Source of the DNA: an uncultured Clostridia bacterium
GTDB taxonomy: Bacteria; Bacillota; Clostridia; Christensenellales; Borkfalkiaceae
Direction of reading: 5' to 3'
Length of the DNA: 64,000 nucleotides
Assembly (NCBI GenBank): GCA_944354035.1
Contig: CALVPS010000005.1
Span: 6,537-70,536 of the forward strand
Shown here: positions 8,569 through 17,570 of the stretch, one piece after another
Layout: every line of letters begins with the position of its first letter
Position numbering within the stretch: position 1 is the first letter of the stretch
Notes under the pieces: model-generated
Told to the model about the DNA's origin: nothing
Database searches by the model: none
The model's input: the letters and a program-made list of their open reading frames with translations, nothing else
Translations under genes and position numbers: made by a program

Positions 8569-11159
8569 GCCTTTGGAAGCTCCTCGATGACGTAGCATTC
8601 GATAAAGTCGCCGATCTGGATCTCGTTGAAGTTTTCGATGGCGCAGCCGCACTCCAGCCCGGCGGCGACTTCTTTTACGTCGTCTTTATAGTGTTTCAAC
8701 TGCTTTACGTTGCCCTCTACGATCATAACGTCGTTGCGGTAAATACGCAGTTTTCCGCCGCGCACCAATCGCCCCTCGGTAACAAGGCAGCCCGCCACCG
8801 TACCGACGCCCGTAATGCGGAACGTCTGGCGCACCTCGGCCTTGCCCATGTACACCTCTTTATATTTGGGCGAAAGCATGCCCTTGAGCGCCGCCTCCAT
8901 GTCGTCGAGCAGTTCGTAGATGATGCGGTACAGCCTTACGTCCACGTGGTTGCGTTCGGCCAGCGCCTTGGCCTTGGTATCCGGACGCACGTTAAAACCG
9001 ATGATGATCGCGTTGGCGGAATCGGCAAGCGAGACATCGCTCTCGCTGATCGCGCCCGCCGCGGCGTGGATGACCTTTACGTGCACTTCCTCGTTGGAGA
9101 GCTTTTCGAGCGAACCCTTCACCGCCTCTACCGAGCCCTGCACGTCTGCCTTGACGATCACATTCAGATCTTTTACGTTGCCCGCCTCTACCTGACGGAA
9201 CACGTCGTCCAGCGTGATCTTGCCCGTCTCGCGGATCATCGATTCGCGCTGCTTGTTTTTGCGCTCCTCCTGCACCTGTTTCATCAGCGTGGCTTCCACG
9301 GCAAAGATGGCGTCGCCCGCGTTGGGAACGTCTTCCAGGCCCAGAACGGAAACGGCGGTGGAGGGGCCCGCTTCCTTTACGGTGCGGCCCTTGTCGTCGA
9401 TCATGGCGCGCACGCGTCCCACCGTGGTGCCCGATACCAGGTTGTCGCCCGTGTGCAGCGTGCCGTTCTGCACCAGCACGCTGGCCATGGGGCCCTTGCC
9501 CTTATCCAGCTTGGCCTCGATGACCACGCCCCGTGCCCTGCGGTCGGGATCGGCCTTCAATTCACGCATTTCGGCGACCAGGTCGATATCTTCCAGCAAT
9601 TTATCGATGCCCATGCCCGTCTTGGCGGAGATGGGTTCTACGATGATATCGCCGCCCCACTCCTCGGGCACCAGGTCGTACTTCATGAGTTCCTGCTTTA
9701 CGCGGTCGGGCTCGACGTGCGGCTTATCCATTTTGTTGAGCGCTACGATAATGGGCACGTCCGCCGCCTTGGCGTGATCGATCGCCTCTACCGTCTGCGG
9801 CATGATGCCGTCGTCGGCGGCCACCACCAGCACCACGATATCCGTCACCTTTGCACCGCGGGCGCGCATGGCGGTAAAGGCCGCGTGACCGGGCGTATCG
9901 ATAAAGGTGATCTTTTTCCCTTCGCCGAACGAAACGGTGTAGGCGCCGATGCTCTGCGTAATGCCGCCAGCCTCCCCTTCGGTCACGTTGGTCTTGCGGA
10001 TGGCGTCCAAAAGCGAAGTCTTGCCGTGGTCTACGTGCCCCATCACCGTTACGACGGGCGCGCGCGACACCAAATTTTCGCCCTCCTCGCCGTGCTCCTT
10101 CAGCAGCGCGTCCTCCGCCGTTTCGGCGGGCTTGTATTCGAGATCGATGCCGAGCTCCAGCGCAAGATAGGCCGCATTGTCGTAATCCACCGACTCGTTC
10201 ACCGTCTTCATGACGCCCTCTTTGAACAGGCGCTTGGTGATCTCCACCGCCGAAATGCCCAGCTTTTCCGAGAGCACTTTGATGGGGATCTCCCTTGAGG
10301 TGACCACGGCGTGATCGATCTTAATGGTCTGCGTCTCCTTGCGCGCATTCTTTTTGCCGAAGCGCGCCTTACGGTAGCCGCTCTTATCCTCGTCGAAGTC
10401 GCCGATGCTGGCGCCCTGCTGGCGCTGCAGCGCACGTTTGTTGACGGGACGGCGCTGCTCGACGTACGTCTTTTCGAACTTTTTGGGCGCCTCTCTGCGC
10501 GGAGCGGCGGGCGCGGGCGCGGGCGCTGCGGGGCGCCCCCCCGCAGGCCTTGCCGCAAATCCGGGTCTCGCGCCGCCCGGCGCCGGTCTGGCCCCGGCGG
10601 GACGCGCCCCCGGTCCGCTCTGCGGGCGGGGAGGATATGCGGGACGGCCCTGCTGTCCCGCGGCGGGACGCTGTGCGCCGCCGTAAGGGGGTCTGCGGTC
10701 TCTGCCGCCCTCGGCGGGGCGGAAGGTGGGCCGCTGCGCCGCAGGCTGCGCGGGCCGGTTGGACGCCTGCTCGCGCGCGGGCTGCGCGGGTCGGGCCGGC
10801 TCCGGCTGCGCCGCCTTGGCCGACACGGCCGCGGCCTGCGGCTGTCCGGCAGCCTCTGCCGCGGGCGCAGCGGGAACTGCGGGCACGGCGGGTGCCTGCT
10901 CGGCGGGCGCCTCCTGTACTTGCGCCGCCCGTGCCTGTTCGGCAGCCTCGCGGGCACGCGCCGCCTCGGCGGCAAGTTCCTCTTCCCGCCGACGGGCCTC
11001 TTCCTCCGCGCGGCGCGCAGCCGCGGCGGCCTCCATTTCATCGAGCTTTTTCATCAACTCCGCAAGCTTTTTTTCACCCGCGGAGATGTTCTTGCTCAAT
11101 TCAGCCGTCGCGCCGTCGCTCAAAAGCGTTTTTAATGTATCGATGTTTTCGTATGCCAT
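8565..11159 (-). CDS. infB: translation initiation factor IF-2
   Basis: 864 aa; G-domain [28 protein letters not shown]; long Ala/Pro/Arg-rich N-terminal region. Confidence 0.97.
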   Translation of the reverse strand: MAYENIDTLKTLLSDGATAELSKNISAGEKKLAELMKKLDEMEAAAAARRAEEEARRREEELAAEAARAREAAEQARAAQVQEAPAEQAPAVPAVPAAPAAEAAGQPQAAAVSAKAAQPEPARPAQPAREQASNRPAQPAAQRPTFRPAEGGRDRRPPYGGAQRPAAGQQGRPAYPPRPQSGPGARPAGARPAPGGARPGFAARPAGGRPAAPAPAPAAPRREAPKKFEKTYVEQRRPVNKRALQRQQGASIGDFDEDKSGYRKARFGKKNARKETQTIKIDHAVVTSREIPIKVLSEKLGISAVEITKRLFKEGVMKTVNESVDYDNAAYLALELGIDLEYKPAETAEDALLKEHGEEGENLVSRAPVVTVMGHVDHGKTSLLDAIRKTNVTEGEAGGITQSIGAYTVSFGEGKKITFIDTPGHAAFTAMRARGAKVTDIVVLVVAADDGIMPQTVEAIDHAKAADVPIIVALNKMDKPHVEPDRVKQELMKYDLVPEEWGGDIIVEPISAKTGMGIDKLLEDIDLVAEMRELKADPDRRARGVVIEAKLDKGKGPMASVLVQNGTLHTGDNLVSGTTVGRVRAMIDDKGRTVKEAGPSTAVSVLGLEDVPNAGDAIFAVEATLMKQVQEERKNKQRESMIRETGKITLDDVFRQVEAGNVKDLNVIVKADVQGSVEAVKGSLEKLSNEEVHVKVIHAAAGAISESDVSLADSANAIIIGFNVRPDTKAKALAERNHVDVRLYRIIYELLDDMEAALKGMLSPKYKEVYMGKAEVRQTFRITGVGTVAGCLVTEGRLVRGGKLRIYRNDVMIVEGNVKQLKHYKDDVKEVAAGLECGCAIENFNEIQIGDFIECYVIEELPKA

Positions 11160-11213
11160 ACGTATCCTCCGAATTGCCGCCCGCCCCTGCGGGCGCCGCG
11201 CCGTATTCTTCCC

Positions 11214-11516
11214 TTACTCTGCCGCGCCGTCTGCGCATTCGCGCACGATCGCCTCGGCCAAATGCTGCTCGCGGACGGCCGCGACCTTGCAGGCGTCCTT
11301 GTGTACCAGCGTCTCCAGCCCGTTCACCCACACCAGCGGACAGGCAAACCGGTCTGCAAGGCGTGCGATCTCCTTTCGGGTGCCTGGCGAGGCCGCCTCG
11401 TCCGCCACGATCAGATACACTCTGCCGCGCACGGCCGCAGCCGCGTTTACGCCCAGCGCAAGTTTCCCCGCGCGGCGGCAAAAGCCCAAATAGCTTGCCA
11501 CTTTAGCGCTTTCCAA
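11214..11516 (-). CDS. ylxQ: L7Ae-family RNA-binding protein YlxQ
   Basis: SYLGFCRRAGKLALG...VYLIVADEAASPGTRKEI matches YlxQ/L7Ae pattern and operon position; start uncertain (TTG at 11514-11516 after GAGGAGGAG, or ATG at 11540 inside ylxR). Confidence 0.7.
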   Translation of the reverse strand: MESAKVASYLGFCRRAGKLALGVNAAAAVRGRVYLIVADEAASPGTRKEIARLADRFACPLVWVNGLETLVHKDACKVAAVREQHLAEAIVRECADGAAE

Positions 11517-11781
11517 GAAACTCCTCCTCGACCTGCGCATACACTTCCTCGCTCACGTCCGCCGAAAACGCCTTGTTGAGCAGGCGGTAGCGGCGCAGCT
11601 TGCGGATGCAATCGGCGCTGTCGCAAATATATGCGCCCCGCCCGGGAAGTTTGCCCGAAAAATCAAGACGCACTTCGCCCTGCGCGCTGCGCACGATGCG
11701 CAGCATCTCCTTTTTCGGCTTCTCTTCCCGACAGGCGATGCAGGTGCGCATGGGAATTTTTTTTTGCTTTTGGGCAGGCAT
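11503..11781 (-). CDS. ylxR: YlxR/RnpM (DUF448) RNA-binding protein
   Basis: 92 aa, PMRTCIACREEKPKKEMLRIV...GRGAYIC motif; between nusA and ylxQ. Confidence 0.85.
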   Translation of the reverse strand: MPAQKQKKIPMRTCIACREEKPKKEMLRIVRSAQGEVRLDFSGKLPGRGAYICDSADCIRKLRRYRLLNKAFSADVSEEVYAQVEEEFLGKR

Positions 11782-12870
11782 TTATTCCTCCGCCGCAGGG
11801 TCTTCTGCAGACGCGTCCAGGTTCATTTTTGCGGCGGCCGATTCGCTTTTTACGTCGATCTTCCAGCCCGTCAGCCGCGCCGCAAGGCGCGCGTTCTGCC
11901 CGTCACGGCCGATAGCAAGCGACAGCTTTTCGTCGGGAACGACGGCAATGGCCGACTTTTCGCTCATCTGCGTCACCGAAATAACGGTGGCGGGCGAAAG
12001 CGACTTGGCAATAAACTCCAGCGGATTTTCGCTCCACAAAATGATATCGATCTTTTCGCCGCCCAACTCCGCCACGACGGCGTTGACGCGCGCGCCCTTG
12101 TTGCCCACGCAGGCGCCTACGGCGTCGATGCGCGCATCCTCCGATGCGATGGCCATTTTGGTGCGGTGTCCCGGCTCGCGCGAGATCGCCTTGACGATCA
12201 CCGTTCCCTGCTTTATTTCGGGCACTTCCTCTTCAAACAGGCGCTTTACAAGCCCCGGCGCGGAACGCGATACCAGCACCTGTGCGTTCCTGCCGCCGCT
12301 CTTTACGCGCTTTACGTACACCTTTATGCGGTCGCCCACGTTGTAGCGCTCGCCGGGCACCTGGTCCTGCGGGAGCATCAGCCCCTCGATCTGCCCCTTG
12401 CCCAGCTCGATATACACGTTGCGTGCGTCCACCTTGCGCACGAGGCCGCTCATCAGTTCGCCCTCCTTATCGGAAAACTCCGAGAGGGTGTTGTCGCGCT
12501 CCGTCTCGTGGATCTTTTGCAAAATGACCTGTTTTGCCGTCTGCGCGGCGATGCGGGTAAACTCTTTGGGCGTAAACTCTTCGGACAAAACGTCTCCCGC
12601 TTTGACGCTCTTTTTGATCGCCTGCGCGTCCGAAAGCGCGATCTCGCCTTCGCCCGGCTCGTCGCTCTCCACCACCGTGCGGGTCAGGAAAAAGCGGATG
12701 GTCCCCTTTTCGGGATTGAGCCGCACTTCTACGTTGCCCGTATCGCCCACAAACTGCTTTTTATAGGCAGACGCGAGCGCGCCCTCCAGTGCCTCGATAA
12801 ACGCCTCTTCCCCGATCCCCTTTTCACGTTCCAGATCGGCCAGCGCCGCAAAAAAATCTTTGTTGATCAT
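11782..12870 (-). CDS. nusA: transcription termination/antitermination factor NusA
   Basis: 362 aa, N-domain, S1 (GDRIKVYV) and two KH domains (AIGACVGNKGARV, AIGRDGQNARLAARLTGWKIDV). Confidence 0.95.
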   Translation of the reverse strand: MINKDFFAALADLEREKGIGEEAFIEALEGALASAYKKQFVGDTGNVEVRLNPEKGTIRFFLTRTVVESDEPGEGEIALSDAQAIKKSVKAGDVLSEEFTPKEFTRIAAQTAKQVILQKIHETERDNTLSEFSDKEGELMSGLVRKVDARNVYIELGKGQIEGLMLPQDQVPGERYNVGDRIKVYVKRVKSGGRNAQVLVSRSAPGLVKRLFEEEVPEIKQGTVIVKAISREPGHRTKMAIASEDARIDAVGACVGNKGARVNAVVAELGGEKIDIILWSENPLEFIAKSLSPATVISVTQMSEKSAIAVVPDEKLSLAIGRDGQNARLAARLTGWKIDVKSESAAAKMNLDASAEDPAAEE

Positions 12871-12921
12871 CGCTGCAAACTCCTTATATTTCCGTATGTC
12901 GGTTGTTGAACGCCGTTGGCG

Positions 12922-13377
12922 TTATACCTCGATCAAAAGACAGACTTTCGACGTCTTGGAAAAGGGCAGGCGTTTTTCCCCTGCCGCGGTCTCCAGCACG
13001 ATCGTTTCGCCGTCGAATGCGCGCAGCGTCCCCTCGTAGTACTTTTTCCCCTCGAAGGGCGCGTAAAAATGCACCTCCACCGCCTCGCCCGTGTGGCGCG
13101 CAAAGTCGCGCTGCGTACGGAACGGACGGTCGAGCCCGGGCGACGAACAGTTCAGCGTGTACGCCTCGCCGTAGGTAGGGTCCAGCGCGTCGAGGGGGGC
13201 GTCCACCGCGCGATGGACCGCCTCGCACAAATCAAGATCGACGCCGCCCGGCGCATCGATCACAACGGTGAGCGCGCGCGTACGGGCGTCCCACGTGACC
13301 TCTACGAGCTCCGCCCCCTCGCGCGCGGCGATCGGCCGCAAGAACTCTTCGATCTCCCGCATGGGTCTTATGCGCAT
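12922..13377 (-). CDS. rimP: ribosome maturation factor RimP
   Basis: 151 aa, position immediately upstream of nusA, LTVVIDAPGGVDLDLCEAV...LEVSSPGLDRPF-like motif (NCSSPGLDRPF). Confidence 0.88.
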   Translation of the reverse strand: MRIRPMREIEEFLRPIAAREGAELVEVTWDARTRALTVVIDAPGGVDLDLCEAVHRAVDAPLDALDPTYGEAYTLNCSSPGLDRPFRTQRDFARHTGEAVEVHFYAPFEGKKYYEGTLRAFDGETIVLETAAGEKRLPFSKTSKVCLLIEV

Positions 13378-13552
13378 CGGTCCTCTCCTTCCCCCGCACG
13401 GCGGCGCGGGGCCGCATAAAGAAATGAGAGCGGAAAACCGCCCTCAATCCCTTTCAGATTAAGACTATATTCAGTATACCACACTTTCCGGCAGATTGCA
13501 AGCGTTTTACACAAATTTTTCCTGTTTTTACACCGACGCACGCAAAAAGCGT

Positions 13553-15064
13553 TCAGTCGAGCCCGCCGTTCATGCGCACAAGCTCAATAAAAATTTTGGC
13601 CGTGACAAAGGCGTCGTCAAAGGCGCGGTGATGGTTGAAGGTGAACCCGAAAAAGTCGGCAACATTGTTGAGTTTGTTATGCGTCAAATGAAGGATGCGC
13701 TGCGACATGGCAACGGTATCGTACTGCGGTTGGTCAAAGGAAAATCCCTCCTGCTCGCCGTAGTAGTGGATAAACTTGAAGTCGAAGGCGATGTTGTGCG
13801 CCACCAGCGCGCAGCCCGCCGTAAACTTGTAAAAGTCGGCAATGACATCCCCGATCCCGGGTGCGCCGAGCAGCATGTCGTCGGTAATGCCGGTCAGTTT
13901 TACGATCTCGTCCGAAAGGCGCACGGGACAGGCGACAAAGGTAGAAAACTTTTCGCAGATCTTGCCGCCGCGTACCTTTACGGCGCCCACCTCGATGATG
14001 CGGTCCATCGCCCCCATGGCGGGCGTGGTATTCAGGCCCGTCGTCTCCAGATCGAATACGACGAACTCGCGCTCGCAAAAAGCCTGCGGGAGGGGCGCGC
14101 CGCCGAACAGCGTGGCCTGCACGGGATCGCTGGCGGGGACGGGGAACACCGCGCGGTACTGCGCCGGCACGGGACGCGAGGGGCGCGCCTCGGGCACAAA
14201 GTCCGCGGGGGGCGTTCCGCGGTCCAGCTTTTTTGCGCGGAAAGAGAGGCTGCCGTTGTACAGCTCGTTGTCTCCCGTCAGGCACACGCCGTCGCCCGCC
14301 GCCACGGCGCGGACCTTATCTACCGTTGCCTGCTTGGAAAAATACGAGGCACGCAGCTGCCCGGTGCCGTCCGAGAGAGTAATGGAAAAATAGGGTTTTC
14401 CCGCCTTGGTGGCGCGCTCTTCGATATACGACACCGTGCCGCATACGGTGACGCCCTGCGCCTCCTGCACGAGATCGGCGATATACAGCGCGTACTTCGG
14501 CTTTGCGCCGTCGATCGCCGTGTACCCGGCGATCTCGAACATACGGGGGGCGGCCACGTATTCCGCCGCGGGCGGCACCTCGCGCTCGATCTCGCCGCGT
14601 TCCTTGGCGCGAAAACGCACTTCGCCGAACCATGCGCCGCAAAAGCTGCGCTGCAGCGCCTCGCTCACCGCGTCCAGCACGCCGTCCGAGGTCACCCTGT
14701 CCCCCTCCACTTCGCCGACGTCGATATAAAACCGTCCGCCGCCGTCGTCGATGACGACTTCGATATCTCCTGGGTCGACAAACGCCGCCACCGCGGGGAA
14801 CCGCGTCTTTAAAATATCCGCCACGGCGCGCCGCACGCCGGCCGCGTCGGGAACGGCCTTTTTTACGTCGGCTTCGGCCGTGAACCCGGCGGGCACATAG
14901 CGCGCGGAAACTTCGCAGGCGTATGCAACGTCCTCCTGCGTGTACGAAAGATCCGTCAGCAAAAAAAACGTGACCCGCCTGCCCGTCACCGCGATCTTTT
15001 TCAATACGGCGCGCGACAGGCCGGCGCTCTTTCTGATCTCTTCCAAATATGCCTTGCTCTTCAT
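13553..15064 (-). CDS. PolC-derived protein: PolC N-terminal region + OB fold + DEDDh 3-prime-5-prime exonuclease, lacking PHP and polymerase domains
   Basis: 503 aa; OB segment VTVCGTVSYIEERATKAGKPYFSITLSDGTGQLRASYF; Exo I FVVFDLETTGL, Exo II VAHNIAFDFKF, Exo III HRAFDDA; LTGITDDML as in PolC; ATGA overlap with ispG. Confidence 0.8.
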   Translation of the reverse strand: MKSKAYLEEIRKSAGLSRAVLKKIAVTGRRVTFFLLTDLSYTQEDVAYACEVSARYVPAGFTAEADVKKAVPDAAGVRRAVADILKTRFPAVAAFVDPGDIEVVIDDGGGRFYIDVGEVEGDRVTSDGVLDAVSEALQRSFCGAWFGEVRFRAKERGEIEREVPPAAEYVAAPRMFEIAGYTAIDGAKPKYALYIADLVQEAQGVTVCGTVSYIEERATKAGKPYFSITLSDGTGQLRASYFSKQATVDKVRAVAAGDGVCLTGDNELYNGSLSFRAKKLDRGTPPADFVPEARPSRPVPAQYRAVFPVPASDPVQATLFGGAPLPQAFCEREFVVFDLETTGLNTTPAMGAMDRIIEVGAVKVRGGKICEKFSTFVACPVRLSDEIVKLTGITDDMLLGAPGIGDVIADFYKFTAGCALVAHNIAFDFKFIHYYGEQEGFSFDQPQYDTVAMSQRILHLTHNKLNNVADFFGFTFNHHRAFDDAFVTAKIFIELVRMNGGLD

Positions 15065-16098
15065 TGCAGCAGCGTTTCCAGTTTTTTAAAAAATACCTGC
15101 TCGGCGGCGGTCCGCTCCACCCGCTCGTCGGGCAGCCCTTTTTGCATGATCACGCAGTATTCGCTGCCCCCGGCAATGCCGAGATCGCACCCGCGCGCCT
15201 CGCCCGGGCCGTTGACCACGCACCCCATAACGGCGACTTTCAGCCGCTTTTTTACCGTGCGCACGCGCTCGTTGACGCGCGCGGCCATGCCGATGCAGTC
15301 GTAGCGGCAGCGGCCGCAGGTAGGACAGGCCACCACCTCCACGTAGTCGCGCTCCAGTCCGCAGGCGCGCAAAATGTTGTGCGCCGCATACACCTCCTTA
15401 ACGGGATCGGCGGAGAGCGATACGCGGATGGTCTCGCCGATGCCCTCCAGCAGCAGCGCGCCGATGCCGACGCTGCTCTTTACGATGCCCGCCTCCTCGG
15501 TCCCGGCCTCGGTCACGCCCACGTGCAGCGGATAGTCGCAGCGCCGGCGCAGCAGCGTATACGCGCGCACGGTGAGCGGAACGTCGGAGGCTTTTACCGA
15601 AATGACGATATCGTTTACCCCGTGCCGCTCCAGTGCCGCCGCGTTATGGAGGGCGCTTTCCACCAGCGCCTCGGCGCTGCGGCCGTACCGCTCCAAAAAG
15701 TGTTTTTCGATACTGCCCGTATTGGCGCCGACGCGCACGGGAACGCCGTGCGCCTTTACGCAGTCCGCCACCAGCGCGATCTGCGCCTCGCCGCCGATGT
15801 TGCCGGGATTGATGCGCAGTTTGTCCGCCCCGTTTTCCACGGCCAGCACGGCAAGTTTTGCCGAAAAGTGAACGTCCGCCACGACGGGGATATCCACCCG
15901 TGCGCGGATATGCCCGAGGGCAAGGGCGTCCGCCTCGTCCGCCACGGCGACGCGCGCAATGTCGCAGCCCGCCTTTTGCAGACAAACAATTTGAGCGACG
16001 CTTGCTTCCACGTCGCTCGTCTTTGTCGTCGTCATGCTCTGTACGGCAATGGTCCCGCCGCCCAAAAGGACGCCGCCCACACGCACCTTACGGATCAT
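15061..16098 (-). CDS. ispG: 4-hydroxy-3-methylbut-2-en-1-yl diphosphate synthase (flavodoxin)
   Basis: 345 aa, VAVQSMT, RINPGNIG, C-terminal cluster ligands CPTCGRC...VMGCVVNGPGE. Confidence 0.95.
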   Translation of the reverse strand: MIRKVRVGGVLLGGGTIAVQSMTTTKTSDVEASVAQIVCLQKAGCDIARVAVADEADALALGHIRARVDIPVVADVHFSAKLAVLAVENGADKLRINPGNIGGEAQIALVADCVKAHGVPVRVGANTGSIEKHFLERYGRSAEALVESALHNAAALERHGVNDIVISVKASDVPLTVRAYTLLRRRCDYPLHVGVTEAGTEEAGIVKSSVGIGALLLEGIGETIRVSLSADPVKEVYAAHNILRACGLERDYVEVVACPTCGRCRYDCIGMAARVNERVRTVKKRLKVAVMGCVVNGPGEARGCDLGIAGGSEYCVIMQKGLPDERVERTAAEQVFFKKLETLLQ

Positions 16099-16565
16099 TT
16101 TTTCTCCTCTTCCTTTTTTTCCATCATGCTCTGCAGTTCGGCCATGAACGAAGAGATATCCTTAAACGAGCGGTACACCGAGGCGTAGCGCACATACGCC
16201 ACCTCGTCCAGCTTCTTCAGGCCCTCCATCACCATTTCGCCGATCGCCTTGGAAGAAATTTCCTGTTCCATCGAATTGTAAATGCGCTTGGCGATCTCCT
16301 CGGCCAGTTCGTCGATCTTTTCGATGGGAACGGGACGCTTTTCGCACGCCTTGATCACCCCGCGCTTGATCTTGCCCAGATCGAACGCCTGGCGCGTTCC
16401 GTCTGCCTTTACGACAAGAATGGGCGATACCTCTATCGTCTCATACGTCGTAAACCTTCTGCCGCAGCCCAGGCATTCCCTGCGGCGGCGGATGGTACGC
16501 TCGTCGTCCGCCGAGCGCGAATCGATCACCTTGCTCTCCGTACAGTTGCAATACAAACAGCGCAT
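16095..16565 (-). CDS. nrdR: transcriptional repressor NrdR
   Basis: MRCLYCNCTESKVIDSR...RRRRECLGCGRRFTTYE zinc ribbon plus ATP-cone; ATG 16563-16565; the 323-aa ORF-track version is an over-extension. Confidence 0.93.
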   Translation of the reverse strand: MRCLYCNCTESKVIDSRSADDERTIRRRRECLGCGRRFTTYETIEVSPILVVKADGTRQAFDLGKIKRGVIKACEKRPVPIEKIDELAEEIAKRIYNSMEQEISSKAIGEMVMEGLKKLDEVAYVRYASVYRSFKDISSFMAELQSMMEKKEEEKK

Positions 16566-16959
16566 ATACCCCCCCCCGATCGCGTATCTTGTGGTACTAC
16601 TTTGTATAGTATACCATATTTCTTTTGATTTGTAAAGGGTTTTAAGAAAAAAACCGTGTCCGCGATCACCGCGCCCGCCCCGTACGCGCCGAAAAAAGGT
16701 TACAAAAAAAGTACAGGCCGCCGACCGGCCCAGAACAAACGCCCCGTACCCGCGGGAAGAGATATAAGAACGCGGCGACGCACGCCGCGCCGCAAAGGAA
16801 CGCCTCTCGCCGCCGACCGATCCTTTTCCGCGTGCCGTACGCATGGCAGTTCCGTCCCGGGCATCGTCATACCCATGACCGGCCGAGCACAACTGTGCCG
16901 CAAAACCGACCGAACGGACATGCGCTCGCCGCCCGCAAAGGGGCCCGCCGAAGGCTCTT

Positions 16960-17090
16960 TTCCCCCATCTCCCCTTGCAAGGGGAGGTGGCTTGCCGCAG
17001 GCAGGACGGAAGGGTTTTTACCAACGTCCCCCGTTTACGACCCTCCCGCCTCGCTGCGCTCGGCACCCTCCCTTACGCAGGGAGGGCAAG
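16960..17090 (+). repeat. interspersed repeat, module H (three-hairpin unit), locus 1
   Basis: ctccccttgcaaggggag hairpin, then gtggcttgccgcaggcaggacggaagggtttttaccaacgtcccc, then ccctcccttacgcagggaggg; homologous copies at 35515-35640 and 44740-44900. Confidence 0.85.
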
Positions 17091-17123
17091 ATAAGGATGC
17101 AGAACATTCGTTTTCGCAATAAA

Positions 17124-17287
17124 CATCCGCCGGCATAGCCGGTGGTTTTTTCAGTTTCCTTCTCCTGCGGCGCGTGCCGCCATAGGCGGGGTGGGCTGTT
17201 AGCCCTCAGATTACCGGCTGCGCGCAAGCCGCGCCTGTGACGACCCGACAGTCATGCAATTGTTACTTGTTACCCGTAAACGGGCCT
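17124..17287 (+). repeat. interspersed repeat, module B, locus 1
   Basis: Aligns by eye along ~165 nt with 35338-35501: starts with hairpin ccgccggcatagccggtgg + T-run, contains gccgccataggcgggg and gcgcaag.cgcgcc, ends cccgtaaacgggcc. Confidence 0.85.
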
Positions 17288-17411
17288 TTTCTGCGCTTAA
17301 TTTTTTCACCTTTATCCTCGCTCCTCTTTCACTATTATTTTTTTTCCTTTTCTGTTTGTTTTTCTTCTATTTTTTACCTTACCGTTATTTCCGTCTCTCC
17401 TGCTCTTTTTT
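17288..17411 (+). other. ~125-nt polypyrimidine (T-rich) tract on + strand
   Basis: In 17301-17410 I count 16 purines out of 110 nt; sharply different composition from the GC-rich surroundings. Confidence 0.8.
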
Positions 17412-17412
17412 G

Positions 17413-17470
17413 CGCATCGGCAAAGCCTCTCTCGAACCCGCAACCGATCCGCGGCTTTTGCGAAACAAAA
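17413..17470 (+). repeat. interspersed repeat, module C, locus 1
   Basis: catcggcaaagcc...acccgcaaccgatccgcggctttt; second copy at 35679-35735. Confidence 0.8.
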
Positions 17471-17501
17471 AAATGAGCCCGGGCAGACCCGCGCTCATTT
17501 T
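17466..17501 (-). terminator. intrinsic terminator after malic enzyme gene (A-run/hairpin/T-run, bidirectional shape)
   Basis: aaaaaaatgagcccgggcagacccgcgctcatttt; 70 nt downstream of the malic enzyme stop. Confidence 0.6.
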
Positions 17502-17570
17502 CGAACGATCGTATATATATCCTCGCTTTGCACTGTCCCGCATCGGTACGGGGCAACGCACGGAACGGCA

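Noticed and set aside
8691-10298. 535-aa ORF on the + strand opposite infB. Similar long antisense ORFs occur at 27533-29518, 20663-22063, 41502-42848, 13496-14812 and 51928-53271.
   Set aside because: These are shadow ORFs typical of GC-rich DNA. Each lies antisense to a gene with unmistakable family motifs. Their translations are Arg/Ala/Gly/His-rich with no recognisable domains and no RBS.
10400-11050. Highly repetitive Ala/Pro/Arg/Gln-rich coding region and the many overlapping ORFs (10208-11041, 10311-11135, 10550-11506, 10726-11493).
   Set aside because: This is the normal low-complexity N-terminal region of IF-2. The alternative-frame ORFs are by-products of GC-rich repeats.
16832-17122. 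ORFs spanning the repeat modules (16832-17122, 35357-35656, 44651-45439, 44769-45158) that share peptide strings such as SP.KGRWLAAGRTEG / LPQARRKGFYQRP.
   Set aside because: The similarity is at the DNA level within palindromic hairpin repeats. The ORFs have no RBS, sit in different frames and contexts, and the translations are low-complexity. They are treated as non-coding repeats.
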